DNA from: Candidatus Daviesbacteria bacterium
GTDB lineage: Bacteria; Patescibacteriota; Microgenomatia; Daviesbacterales; UBA10151
Length of the DNA: 64,000 nt
Reading direction: 5' to 3'
NCBI GenBank assembly: GCA_016432425.1
Contig: CP066688.1
Span: forward strand, 578,619 to 642,618
Positions 46,087 to 55,725 of this stretch are shown one piece after another. Under the pieces are notes generated by a model that ran no database searches, was not told the DNA's origin, and was given only the letters and a program-made list of their open reading frames with translations. A program made the position numbers and the translations under genes. Position 1 is the stretch's first letter. Each line of letters opens with the position of its first letter.

Positions 46087-47430
46087 TTATTGAGCACGTA
46101 AACGGTTTTCTATCTCCTGCATGGTGCAGTTATTTTGAATTGCACATTGGGAACCATGGGTTGTTCCCCGGTCCCAGCAGGTATCTGAACATTTCTGATC
46201 GGTTTGCTTACACTCGGTGCTGGGTGCAGAACCTGAAGGACAATCAACTGAAACAAAGGGGCAGGCATCAATACATCCCTGCAAATTAAATGTATCCCGG
46301 CAAGCGATGAATCCGTCGAAATCACACGTACTGGTGACTTTCGCCGGTTCTTGTGGCGTAGTTGTCCTGCCGCTAGGCAACCTTGGCCCGATAGGTACAG
46401 TATTCTCACCCAAAATATCTTCAATCGAGGAGGGCCAGTCGCTCATATCTGGCTGATAGTCGTTAAAGCCGGCACTCTTCCATTTTTCTTTGAGCCACTT
46501 AACAACCTCAATTAATTTTTCCGCCAGTTGCCTTTTGGTTGGCGGATCTGACTCTTTATCTATAAGTTCCTTAAGGTCCCGGACTAGGCTGGTTGATTGT
46601 TCTTTAAGAATTTCAGACTCACCCAAACCATTTCCGCCCAGTCCCGGAATGTACTGCTCATCAAAGGCAATATGGTTATGGGCAGTTTTAAGCACCCAGT
46701 CTGTTTTTATAATCCGGTCGCGGAGTAGCTCAAAACGCCTGGTGGGATTGGTTTCCTGCCTCATCTGCTCATCAAGGGTATCAAAGATTTGATGGGCCAC
46801 CCCGGGACGCCTCTCGATAGTGATGTCAAAGTTCTCACCGTCAATAGTGAGATCACCGAAAATCTTGAATAATTTGTTTAGCACACCGGGGGATTCGCCG
46901 AATAAATCGCCGATGCCATACAGTTCAGTGCCGAAAGCCTGGCTTACTTCGTTCATCACATCGTTATGACTGACTGCGCGCTCATCCCAGGTGTCATTCC
47001 AAATTTCACCAACGTAATCAAAGGATTTATCCGTCCACTCCTGCAGCAGGGAAAATTTTTTGTAAGGGTCACTGGTTGCCTCTATCCGCGAGCGAAAGTC
47101 TAACCCCAGATACTCGGCATATTTGGCTAGGGCTGTAGATTTAAAGTAGGCATCGCCGGCAAGTCTGGGCAGATCCGGGCTGTCGCCGTAGCGCTTAAGA
47201 CCCTCTTCTTCCCACCCAACTGCTTTGTCGACCAATTCACGGTATTTTTGGGCAACATCAGAGTAGCGCACCTCACGTTCTGCCTCCTGTTTCAGGGTTT
47301 CTGCCTCCTGGAGGTGGCGCTTGTAAAACTGTTTGGAGGTCTCATTAGGAGTGTTTTCGGCGGCTAAGCTTGAGCCGGTAAAGACAATGAAGGTAAGCAG
47401 GACAACCAAGGAGTGTTTGAGCCTGGCCAT
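46087..47430 (-). CDS. Hypothetical secreted protein with a C-terminal Cys-rich domain (12 Cys in ~80 aa)
   Basis: Signal peptide MARLKHSLVVLLTFIVFTGSSLAAE. C-terminus TCDFDGFIACRD..CIDACPF..CPSG..CKQTDQKCSDTCW..CAIQNNC. Noticeably GC-richer than its neighbours. Confidence 0.5.
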   Translation of the reverse strand: MARLKHSLVVLLTFIVFTGSSLAAENTPNETSKQFYKRHLQEAETLKQEAEREVRYSDVAQKYRELVDKAVGWEEEGLKRYGDSPDLPRLAGDAYFKSTALAKYAEYLGLDFRSRIEATSDPYKKFSLLQEWTDKSFDYVGEIWNDTWDERAVSHNDVMNEVSQAFGTELYGIGDLFGESPGVLNKLFKIFGDLTIDGENFDITIERRPGVAHQIFDTLDEQMRQETNPTRRFELLRDRIIKTDWVLKTAHNHIAFDEQYIPGLGGNGLGESEILKEQSTSLVRDLKELIDKESDPPTKRQLAEKLIEVVKWLKEKWKSAGFNDYQPDMSDWPSSIEDILGENTVPIGPRLPSGRTTTPQEPAKVTSTCDFDGFIACRDTFNLQGCIDACPFVSVDCPSGSAPSTECKQTDQKCSDTCWDRGTTHGSQCAIQNNCTMQEIENRLRAQ

Positions 47431-47468
47431 TAATGGTATGGTAGCATATTTTGTGATAGCATTTAAAT

Positions 47469-48059
47469 ATGGGCAAAAAGGGTAAGTTGGCTCTTTTGGG
47501 AGTGGCGGTAATTGTTCTGATACTGGTAGGAATAAGGATATCTGGTTCGCGGGAACAACCTAAGTTGCCTGATGTGGGTAAATTTGATGATTATGCCACC
47601 CAGCTTAAGTGGGGCAGGTATGTTAATACCAAATATAAAATTGTTTTTCCTTACCCATTATCCTGGTCAATGAATACCACTACATTAATTTTTGAAGATG
47701 GTGATTTGATAACAGTTGAGTTTTTGGGTCCGACCCAAAAGGAGCGGGCAGAATTTTATGATGGGGCGCGCTTTACGGTAATGATTCCTCAAAAGACTGA
47801 TTTAGATTTGTCCGGTTGGATTGCCGAAAAACACAAAGGTTTACCGGGAGAAAAGCCGCCTGATGTAAACGATGTTCAGTTAAACGGAAGGAATTTTAAG
47901 AAAGTTTATACCTGCGGTTTGGGTTGTTTTACTTATTATTACACTACAATTGATGGTCAGGTGTATGGTGTAATGACCTTTGCGGATGGTCCGCAAAAAA
48001 CTGGGCTGGAAGCTATTTTGAAGGAGATGCTGGCCAAATTGGAGTTGGGCTCAAACTAG
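47469..48059 (+). CDS. Hypothetical membrane-anchored protein
   Basis: N-terminal TM LALLGVAVIVLILVGI. Confidence 0.4.
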   Translation: MGKKGKLALLGVAVIVLILVGIRISGSREQPKLPDVGKFDDYATQLKWGRYVNTKYKIVFPYPLSWSMNTTTLIFEDGDLITVEFLGPTQKERAEFYDGARFTVMIPQKTDLDLSGWIAEKHKGLPGEKPPDVNDVQLNGRNFKKVYTCGLGCFTYYYTTIDGQVYGVMTFADGPQKTGLEAILKEMLAKLELGSN

Positions 48060-48122
48060 GTTAACGAATTTCTTGTTATAATTCCTCATGAGTTTGTTAT
48101 TAACCTGCAGACTATTTAGATC

Positions 48123-48155
48123 TTGACAGCACATCAGGTTATGATAAACTATAAT
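48123..48155 (+). promoter_or_regulatory. Candidate promoter TTGACA (48123-48128) with TAAACT/TATAAT (48145-48155) ending 2 bp before the arsR ATG (possible leaderless transcript)
   Basis: Hexamers read directly. No Shine-Dalgarno before the 48158 ATG. Confidence 0.3.
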
Positions 48156-48157
48156 AT

Positions 48158-48526
48158 ATGCTTAATCGTTCATATATACAATCACATAAAGGACACCTTC
48201 ATTATACAACGGACTCCAAGATTTTATCTCTACAAAAGAGGTTAAAATTATCTAGTGAGGGAGCAGATCTTCTAAAAATCATCCGTAATCTTTCTGATCC
48301 CACTAAACTTAAAATATATTTACTTCTTACAAAAGTGAAAGCAATACCTGTTACAGATATAACTCAAGTTTTGGGGCTTTCTCAATCTGCTGTTTCTCAT
48401 GCATTAGCTGATTTAAAAAATTTAGGAATGATAGAAAGTTACCGCTGTGGGCAATTAATTTGCTACTCACTTAAGTTAGGTAAAAGAAAACGTAAATTGT
48501 TGAGCTTTCTTGAAGGGTTTAAGTAA
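48158..48526 (+). CDS. ArsR/SmtB-family HTH transcriptional regulator
   Basis: HTH ITQVLGLSQSAVSHALADLKNLGMI; KLKIYLLL upstream helix. Confidence 0.65.
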   Translation: MLNRSYIQSHKGHLHYTTDSKILSLQKRLKLSSEGADLLKIIRNLSDPTKLKIYLLLTKVKAIPVTDITQVLGLSQSAVSHALADLKNLGMIESYRCGQLICYSLKLGKRKRKLLSFLEGFK

Positions 48527-48583
48527 TCATAAGCAGAGCTTGATACTTCGTATTAAGCAGAGCTTGAAATTTTTGACAAAATT

Positions 48584-49024
48584 ATGAAACCATTTAATAT
48601 TTTCATTGTTTCATCTTTAGTTGTAATTGCAATAGGTTTTCTCTTCTTCAGAGATGGATTTAACAAACCGCAAAATACAGTCTCAAACACTAATTCTCCA
48701 GTTTTGATGGACAGGCTAAATTATATAGATTATTCCGAGCAGAATTTAATATCTGCTAAAAGAAACGGAAGACCGGTTTTATTTTTTGCTGCCACTGTTT
48801 GGTGTCAGACCTGCCAAGCTTTAGAAAAAGAAATACAAGAGAGAGGTGATTCTTTGCCGCCTGATGTAACAATACTTAAAGTAGACTATGACCACGATGG
48901 GACGATGAATACTAAATTTGGGGTGACTTCTCAACATACATTGATTGTTCTGGATGAAAATGGCAAGGAGAAGAAAAGGTGGATTGGCGGCAACCTTGAT
49001 GCTTTAATTCAAAACCTTAACTGA
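48584..49024 (+). CDS. Thioredoxin-fold thiol-disulfide oxidoreductase (TlpA/ResA-like), membrane-anchored
   Basis: CxxC active site WCQTCQ. N-terminal TM. Confidence 0.6.
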   Translation: MKPFNIFIVSSLVVIAIGFLFFRDGFNKPQNTVSNTNSPVLMDRLNYIDYSEQNLISAKRNGRPVLFFAATVWCQTCQALEKEIQERGDSLPPDVTILKVDYDHDGTMNTKFGVTSQHTLIVLDENGKEKKRWIGGNLDALIQNLN

Positions 49025-49034
49025 AGCAAGCTTC

Positions 49035-50738
49035 TTGCTTCGCAATAAAATTATGTTTCTGCTTATACCGATAGCTTTTATATCAGGAATATTAACAGTT
49101 TTTTCTCCCTGTGTATTACCCATACTTCCGGTAGTATTAGCAAGCGGTATTGATGGAAATACCAAAAGAATAAAGGGGGTTATCTTAGGACTTGTTATAA
49201 GTTTTACCATTGCCTCTTTGCTTTTGGCAACAATAGTTAGAGTTTTAGGAATCCCTGCTCATACTGTCAGAATCTTAGCAGTAGTACTTTTGGTAATATT
49301 TGGGATAAGTCTTGTGCTTCCTGTTATTTGGGAAAAAGTTCAGATTTGGGTTGAAAGGTATTGGCATTTTCAGCCAATACAAAACCAAACAGGTGGATTC
49401 TGGGGAGGGTTTTTAACAGGCACAAGTTTAGGGATTGTGTGGACACCCTGTATTGGCCCGGTTGTAGCAGCTATGGCTACCCTGGCTGCAGTCAGTTCAT
49501 TTTCTTTAACAATGGTAGCAGTAGTGTTAGCTTATGCCATCGGAGCAGGAGTTCCGCTGTACTTTATTGCAAGGGGTGGAAGTGCAGCTTCCCAGAAATT
49601 AACTTTTTTTAAAATTGAAAACCAAAAGATCAGACAAGTATTTGGAATCATCATCTTAACAACAGCCCTTTTTATTTGGACAGGTCTGGATAGAGTAGTA
49701 CAAGGATGGACATTGGCTAATTTACCACAGTCTTGGACTCAAATTGCAACTACTTTTGAAAGTAGCGTTAAAGTTGACACACAACTTAGAGAGTTAAAAG
49801 GAGGTGGGCAGCAAGTGCAAAAAGACCTTCGACAAAGCTCAGGTCAAGCAAATCCTGGTGAAACTGTTGTAAGAAAAGTATCTCTACAAAATGATTTTAC
49901 AGGAGCAAAAGTTAAAAAAGAAGATCTGCTGCAAGGCTGTTTTGGACAGGATTGTATTCCCTCGATTGATAATCCTAAATTTGAATCTGTAAACGATGCT
50001 AGCTGGTTAGGAGATGAAGATATGGTGTTTGCAATTAACTACAAGGGTACTCAAAAAGCCTATCCTCAAAGGATCTTAAACTGGCATGAAATCGTCAATG
50101 ATGAAATTGCAGGTGATTCCATAGCGGTCACTTTCTGCCCGCTTTGTGGTAGTGCTTTGGCATTTGAAAGAAAAATAGATGGAGTAACCACCGAGTTTGG
50201 CGTATCCGGAAAGTTACATAATTCTGATTTAGTGATGTACGACAGATACGAAGGTAATTTATGGCAGCAAATAACAGGAGAAGGCATTGTCGGGCCGGCT
50301 GCAAGAAGGAATGAGAAACTTAAACAATTACCAATTGTTACTGCCTCCTGGGGGGAATGGAAAAAAGAACATCCTGATAGCCAAGTCCTGTCAAAGGATA
50401 CAGGTCATAGTAGAAATTATGATCAATATCCGTATGGTACATACGAACAGGATGATCAGCTGCTGTTTGGTGTTAAAGGTTTAGATAAAAGTTTACAGAT
50501 CAAAACAGTTATTTATGGAATAGAAGTTGATGGTAAGTCTAAAGCATATCCTGAAGATAAGTTGAGAGAAAAAAGGATTATTGAAGATAGTATTGGAGAT
50601 ATTCCTATAAGACTGGAGCAGAAAGAATCCGGTGAGATTAAAGCAGTAAATTTACAAACAAACGAAGAAATTATACCAATTAGATTATTCTGGTTTGCCT
50701 GGGCAGCATTTCACCCGGACACAGAAATTTATGAATAG
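49035..50738 (+). CDS. ccdA: Cytochrome c-type biogenesis/thiol-disulfide transporter CcdA (DsbD-beta) fused to a C-terminal DUF3179 domain
   Basis: FSPCVLPILPVV and a second TM cysteine (WTPCIGP). The C-terminal 250 aa (AINYKGTQKAYP..CPLCGSALAFER..VSGKLHNSDLVMYDR) matches the DUF3179 pattern. Confidence 0.65.
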   Translation: MLRNKIMFLLIPIAFISGILTVFSPCVLPILPVVLASGIDGNTKRIKGVILGLVISFTIASLLLATIVRVLGIPAHTVRILAVVLLVIFGISLVLPVIWEKVQIWVERYWHFQPIQNQTGGFWGGFLTGTSLGIVWTPCIGPVVAAMATLAAVSSFSLTMVAVVLAYAIGAGVPLYFIARGGSAASQKLTFFKIENQKIRQVFGIIILTTALFIWTGLDRVVQGWTLANLPQSWTQIATTFESSVKVDTQLRELKGGGQQVQKDLRQSSGQANPGETVVRKVSLQNDFTGAKVKKEDLLQGCFGQDCIPSIDNPKFESVNDASWLGDEDMVFAINYKGTQKAYPQRILNWHEIVNDEIAGDSIAVTFCPLCGSALAFERKIDGVTTEFGVSGKLHNSDLVMYDRYEGNLWQQITGEGIVGPAARRNEKLKQLPIVTASWGEWKKEHPDSQVLSKDTGHSRNYDQYPYGTYEQDDQLLFGVKGLDKSLQIKTVIYGIEVDGKSKAYPEDKLREKRIIEDSIGDIPIRLEQKESGEIKAVNLQTNEEIIPIRLFWFAWAAFHPDTEIYE

Positions 50739-50744
50739 AAAACT

Positions 50745-52016
50745 ATGGTAAATAATAATCCTTGGGAAAGAGCACAAAAACAATTACAGAAAGCAGCAAG
50801 ATATATTAAGCTTGATCCTTTAATGCTGGCAAAACTTACAAATCCGGACAGGGTTATTGAGGTATCTTTGCCCATGAAACTTGATAATGGTGAAGTTAAA
50901 CTTTTTCAAGGCTATAGAGTTCAACATAACAATATCAGAGGTCCCTATAAAGGCGGACTAAGATACCATCAGGATGTAGATATGGATGAGGTGAAAGCTT
51001 TGGCGTTTTGGATGACTATGAAAAATGCCGTGGTAGACGTGCCGTTTGGCGGTGGCAAAGGAGGTATTACAGTTGATCCCAAGACTCTTGAAGAATTGGA
51101 ACTGGAGAAACTCACCCGCCAGTTTACCGGAAAAATTGCAGATATAATCGGTCCCCAAAAAGACGTGCCTGCTCCTGATGTAAACACTAATCCTAAAATT
51201 ATGGCTTGGATTGTAGATGAGTACAGTAAAATTACAGGTAAAAAACAATTAGCTGTTGTGACCGGCAAGCCTATTGAAAAAGGCGGCTCTGAAGGTAGAA
51301 CCGAAGCCACAGGGTTAGGTGGTGTCTATACATTACTTACCGCTTTTCAAAAACTTAACATGAAACCTAAAGGAATGACTGTGGCAATTCAGGGTTTTGG
51401 TAATGTTGGTTTATATGTGGCTAAATTTTTGCAAAAGACGGGCTTTAAGGTGGTGGCTTTATCCGATTCAAAAGGCGGTATTTATATTCCCCAAGGTATT
51501 GAAAGTGTTGAGGAAGTTGAAAAATGTAAATTGGAAAAGGGTACTTTAGCAGGTTGTTATTGCATCGGTTCAGTCTGCGATCTAAAAAATATAGATAAGC
51601 TTGGGGGGAAGAATATATCTTCTGAAGAGGTTTTACAGCTTCCGGTAGATATCATAGTTCCCGCTGCCTTAGAAAATGTCATCACCAAAGATAATGCAGC
51701 TAAAATTAAAGCAAAAATTGTTTTGGAAATGGCCAATGGCCCCACCACTCAAGAAGCGGATGAAATACTACGAAAAAAGGATGTTTTAATGATCCCGGAT
51801 ATTTTAGCAAACTCTGGCGGTGTAACAGTAAGCTACTTTGAGTGGTATCAAAACCTAAACAATGAGCATTGGGGCAAAGAAGAAGTGTTTAAGAAGTTAA
51901 AGGTAAAAATAGAAAAAGCTACAGGTGAAGTGTTTGATACTTCTAATAAATATGGAGTTAGTTTAAGAGAAGCAGCGTATATTGTCGCCTTAAATAGAAT
52001 TCAGAAGGGAAACTAA
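50745..52016 (+). CDS. gdhA: Glutamate dehydrogenase (Glu/Leu/Phe/Val dehydrogenase family)
   Basis: KGGLRYHQDVDMDEVKALAFWMTMKNAVVDVPFGGGKGG and a Rossmann GFGNVG. Confidence 0.85.
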   Translation: MVNNNPWERAQKQLQKAARYIKLDPLMLAKLTNPDRVIEVSLPMKLDNGEVKLFQGYRVQHNNIRGPYKGGLRYHQDVDMDEVKALAFWMTMKNAVVDVPFGGGKGGITVDPKTLEELELEKLTRQFTGKIADIIGPQKDVPAPDVNTNPKIMAWIVDEYSKITGKKQLAVVTGKPIEKGGSEGRTEATGLGGVYTLLTAFQKLNMKPKGMTVAIQGFGNVGLYVAKFLQKTGFKVVALSDSKGGIYIPQGIESVEEVEKCKLEKGTLAGCYCIGSVCDLKNIDKLGGKNISSEEVLQLPVDIIVPAALENVITKDNAAKIKAKIVLEMANGPTTQEADEILRKKDVLMIPDILANSGGVTVSYFEWYQNLNNEHWGKEEVFKKLKVKIEKATGEVFDTSNKYGVSLREAAYIVALNRIQKGN

Positions 52017-52048
52017 GAAGTGTTGTCTAAACAACAGAATTATATTAT

Positions 52049-52357
52049 ATGAAAACTAAACTCATTGAACTTTGGAAAAATGATTGTGAGCATTGTGAGG
52101 CAACAAAGCCTATTCTTGATGAGCTTGAAAGGATGGGTTATGAGATTGAGAGATTTAACATAGAAACTTCGGAAGGTGAGAAAGTTTGGCAAGAATATTT
52201 AGATGTAATCAATAAATACAACAAGAGTCAGGGATACGATGTTAACTTTATTTATACTCCTACATTAATAAATCCTCTGTCAGAACAAGTCATGTCTTAC
52301 CCGGATAGAGCCCCTACTAAAGAAGAAATTATTAAACTTTTGGAAGGAGGTGAGTGA
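52049..52357 (+). CDS. Glutaredoxin/thioredoxin-like small protein
   Basis: CxxC (CEHCEATKP) near the N-terminus, 102 aa. Confidence 0.5.
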   Translation: MKTKLIELWKNDCEHCEATKPILDELERMGYEIERFNIETSEGEKVWQEYLDVINKYNKSQGYDVNFIYTPTLINPLSEQVMSYPDRAPTKEEIIKLLEGGE

Positions 52358-52359
52358 AA

Positions 52360-52516
52360 TGGCAGACAATCAAACCAAACAAGAACTGGATTCACATTCT
52401 CAAAAAATGCATGGTAAGGCGCAGAAGCCACAGGAACATTCAATAGCCTGTTCAAAATGTGGGCTTAAAGCAAAAACAGCTGATGAGATGCAAGGGCATA
52501 GCTGTGCAACGTGTTA
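52360..52516 (+). CDS. Small zinc-ribbon protein, 51 aa, not in the ORF track
   Basis: A GGAGGTG Shine-Dalgarno 7 bp upstream of ATG 52360. CSKCG...HSCATC (CxxC...HxCxxC). Confidence 0.4.
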
Positions 52517-52533
52517 GAATTTAATAGTCTAAT

Positions 52534-53904
52534 ATGAAAAAGTTTGATGTTTTAGTTGTTGGCAGTGGAGCCGGTCTTGAGGTAGCATCAAATGCTGCCG
52601 AGCGCGGTCTGTCTGTGGCCATAGTCGAAGAAGGTCCGCTGGGCGGGACTTGTTTAAACAGAGGTTGTATTCCTTCTAAAATGTTAATCCACTCTGCGGA
52701 TGTGGTGGAAACTATTCAAAGCAGTGAAAGATTTGGGGTTAAAAGCAAAATTGAAAAGATTGATTTTGCCGCAATAGTTAGAAGGGTTTCTAAAGTTGTG
52801 GATACAGACTCCTCCGATATTGAGAAGGCTATCAGAGAATCAGGTAATCCTACTCTCTATAAAGTCAAAGCCAAATTCATTAGTCCTAAACAGATGCAGG
52901 TTGGAGATCCTTCGGCAGGCTCAGGACAAGTTGAGCAAATAGAAGCAGACAAAGTTTTTATTGTGGGAGGTACCCGTCCATCAACTCCCCCGATTCCGGG
53001 GCTTGAGAATACACCTTACCTTGACAGTACAAAAGCCTTGAGATTAGGAAAGCTTCCAGAACATCTGGTAATTATAGGTGGTGGTTATATAGCAGCAGAA
53101 CTGGCTCATTTTTATGGAGCATTGGGAACAAAAATTACCATTTTAGTCAGAGGAGATAAGATGCTTGCTGATGAAGATGAAGAGATAGCAGATTGGTTTA
53201 CCAAAGAATTTTCTAAAAAATATAAAATTTTATTTAAGACTGAAGCTGAGGCTGTCTCATATCAGGACAATAAATTTATCTTAAAACTTAAAGGTGATGG
53301 TGGAAAATTAGAAGCTGATCAACTGCTAGTGGCAACCGGTAGGATGCCCAATACAGACATATTAAACATTAAAGCAACAGGAGTTGAAATGGATGATAAA
53401 GGATTTATCAAAGTTAACGAATATTTGGAAACTAATGTTGAAGGAGTCTTCGCTTTTGGAGACATAATTGGTATCTTACCTTTCAGACACGCTGCTAATG
53501 ACCAAGTTGGTTTTGCAATCAGGAACGCTTTTACTGATAAAAAAGTACCATTTGACCCTTTTGCCATAGGCCATGCAGTTTTTTCATCTCCCCAAGTCGG
53601 AGGTGTTGGGAAAACAGAACAAGAACTTAAAAAGGAAGGTACTACCTATAAAGTTGGTAAAGCAGAACTTAAAGATACTGCGATGGGCGGGGCTTTGCAG
53701 GAAAATGGTTTGGCGAAAGTATTAGTTTCGGAGGAGGATAATATTTTAGGCGTTCATATTATTGGGCCTAATGCTTCCATTTTAATCCATGAAGCCATAG
53801 TGGCTATGAAGGCAAACGGCACAGTTGATGCAATCACGAATTCTGTTTATATCCACCCAGCTTTGTCTGAATGGTTGCAAAGAGCATTTTTTGCTATTCA
53901 ATAA
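52534..53904 (+). CDS. Class I pyridine nucleotide-disulfide oxidoreductase (dihydrolipoyl dehydrogenase / glutathione reductase family)
   Basis: FAD motif VLVVGSGAG, redox-active disulfide GGTCLNRGCIPSK, a second Rossmann fold, and a C-terminal dimerisation domain with the HPALSE-like region IHPALSEW. Confidence 0.75.
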   Translation: MKKFDVLVVGSGAGLEVASNAAERGLSVAIVEEGPLGGTCLNRGCIPSKMLIHSADVVETIQSSERFGVKSKIEKIDFAAIVRRVSKVVDTDSSDIEKAIRESGNPTLYKVKAKFISPKQMQVGDPSAGSGQVEQIEADKVFIVGGTRPSTPPIPGLENTPYLDSTKALRLGKLPEHLVIIGGGYIAAELAHFYGALGTKITILVRGDKMLADEDEEIADWFTKEFSKKYKILFKTEAEAVSYQDNKFILKLKGDGGKLEADQLLVATGRMPNTDILNIKATGVEMDDKGFIKVNEYLETNVEGVFAFGDIIGILPFRHAANDQVGFAIRNAFTDKKVPFDPFAIGHAVFSSPQVGGVGKTEQELKKEGTTYKVGKAELKDTAMGGALQENGLAKVLVSEEDNILGVHIIGPNASILIHEAIVAMKANGTVDAITNSVYIHPALSEWLQRAFFAIQ

Positions 53905-54165
53905 AGACCTCAGACTTCCTGATATAATCTGCCTATGTCGTCTTTAAAATGTGGAATAGTTGGGACACAAATAAACAATTTGAGGCTAACTACATACCTT
54001 TTGTGCTTAAATTCAGACTGCCAAAACTAAGAAAAGGTAGATTAATTTTTGAAAGGGATAGCTTTGGGAGAATAATTCACTCAAAACCTCCATTAATGAA
54101 AACTGTATAAACTTGCAGTTTCTTACAAAAGAGAGTAAAAATTAAGTGTCAGATTTAAGATTGAA

Positions 54166-55062
54166 ATGGATATTTTTGGATTCCAACTAGATAAAAATAT
54201 TATTGCTAATAATTGGGTTCCTATTGCCTTATGGGCAGTAACAATTACAGTTTTAAAAATTCTTTGGAAATGGATAAAAATCCTTTGGAGTAAATTAATA
54301 CTGAAGCTGGCTAAGAAATTACCAAAATTAGATCAGCTTGTTAAAAAAATATTATGGTTTTTATCTATTTTCTTTACCCCACAAGCTAAGCTTATTTATC
54401 TAATATTAGCTGGATTAATTTTTCCCTTTTTAATAAGGCAGCCATATGGTTTTGTTTTATCAGTTTTTGTAGCTTTAGTTGGCTGGTCACTTTATTCAGA
54501 GGTGACTAGGAGTAAGAGTATAAAAAATCCGATATTTTCAGATTCTTTTGAAAATCTTGATTCTTGGGAAACAATTTCTGGTAAACCTAAGGCCGAAAAA
54601 GGTTTTGGTCAACCGGCACCGTCGATACTTTTACCAATAGTGGAAAATGATGCTGGGAAGCACACAGTAGTTGAGTTGAAGGAGCTAATTTTTACTAATG
54701 GGATCATTGAGCTGGATGTATATTTAGAGCAAGGAAGTTTAATAGATCTAATTTTTAGAGGAGATATAAAAGCAGGAAAGTACTATATGGCAAGATTTGA
54801 TTCTAGGGCTGGATCAGGAAACCACGATGGTTTTTTTAGGAATGATGGTAACGGATTTAACTCCATTGGTCAATCTAGTCGTAACATTAGCCCGGATAGT
54901 TGGCACAAAATGAGGGTAGTAATTTCGGGGGATAATTTCCAGTTGTATGATGAAAATGGATTTATATTCTCAGCAACAGATGATAGATACAAAAAGGGAG
55001 CTGTAGGTATCTTTAATGAAGTAGCTAATGTTTATGTTGATAATTTTTCAGTGAAAACGTAA
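54166..55062 (+). CDS. Membrane-anchored protein with a C-terminal concanavalin-A-like (DUF1080/LamG-like) domain
   Basis: About 3 N-terminal TM helices. C-terminal beta-rich domain with FSDSFENLDSWE...GSGNHDGFF...WHKMRVVISGDNFQLYDENG...VDNFSV. Confidence 0.45.
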   Translation: MDIFGFQLDKNIIANNWVPIALWAVTITVLKILWKWIKILWSKLILKLAKKLPKLDQLVKKILWFLSIFFTPQAKLIYLILAGLIFPFLIRQPYGFVLSVFVALVGWSLYSEVTRSKSIKNPIFSDSFENLDSWETISGKPKAEKGFGQPAPSILLPIVENDAGKHTVVELKELIFTNGIIELDVYLEQGSLIDLIFRGDIKAGKYYMARFDSRAGSGNHDGFFRNDGNGFNSIGQSSRNISPDSWHKMRVVISGDNFQLYDENGFIFSATDDRYKKGAVGIFNEVANVYVDNFSVKT

Positions 55063-55296
55063 TTAAAAGGGTAGTAAGTCGGAAGCAGGAACTTTAAGGG
55101 CTTTTGCGATTTTGTATAAAGTTCTGATGGTTGGGTTTCGTTCACCACGCTCGATCAAGCCTATGTAGGTTCTGTGCATAGCTAACATGCCAGCTAGTTC
55201 TTCCTGGGTAATGTTTTTGGATTGTCTTACCTTCTGCATTCTATCGCCAAACTTTTCCATTATTTGTTTATGAGTATTTGGTTTGCCCATACCCAC
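55063..55296 (-). CDS. XRE-family (Cro/CI-type) HTH transcriptional regulator
   Basis: ITQEELAGMLAMHRTYIGLIERGERNPTIRTLYKIAKAL. Confidence 0.8.
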   Translation of the reverse strand: MGMGKPNTHKQIMEKFGDRMQKVRQSKNITQEELAGMLAMHRTYIGLIERGERNPTIRTLYKIAKALKVPASDLLPF

Positions 55297-55370
55297 ATAT
55301 TAGAGACTGCTAGTATCATTCTCGACAGACTCCTTGTCAGCATTTAACTAAAAGAGTATTATCTGAATAT

Positions 55371-55724
55371 ATGGGATTAAAGTCAGAGAAGAACCCTATA
55401 AATAGAACGCATATCTGGGTAGCAATAATAATTGGAGCTGCAATTTTTGGCTATGGAATGCTAAATTTTATTTCTAAGGAAAACGAACGAACTAATCAAG
55501 CTGAAATCCAGAGGAAAGAGCAAGAAGCAAAGAAATCCAATGCAATTTTATTAGAAACGTGTTTAAATGAAGCTGATATAAGGATGAATAATTCGTGGAA
55601 GGATTTATGCAAAGCAAAAGGATTGAAGGAAGACTGTCTCCAACCACTAGATCTAGTTGAAATACAAGACAAAAGGCTTACAGAATTAAAAGGCGCATGT
55701 TTTAAAAAGTATCCACAAAATTAA
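55371..55724 (+). CDS. Hypothetical membrane-anchored 4-Cys protein (DUF1311/LprI-like pattern)
   Basis: TM, then ETCLNEADIRMNNSWKDLC...CLQP...GACFKKY. Confidence 0.35.
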   Translation: MGLKSEKNPINRTHIWVAIIIGAAIFGYGMLNFISKENERTNQAEIQRKEQEAKKSNAILLETCLNEADIRMNNSWKDLCKAKGLKEDCLQPLDLVEIQDKRLTELKGACFKKYPQN

Positions 55725-55725
55725 T

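Noticed and set aside
53905-54165. 260-bp spacer after the Lpd-like gene as a possible sRNA or terminator
   Set aside because: Only a weak 6-bp inverted repeat (AAAGAC...GTCTTT) with a long loop and no U-tract. Nothing conserved-looking.
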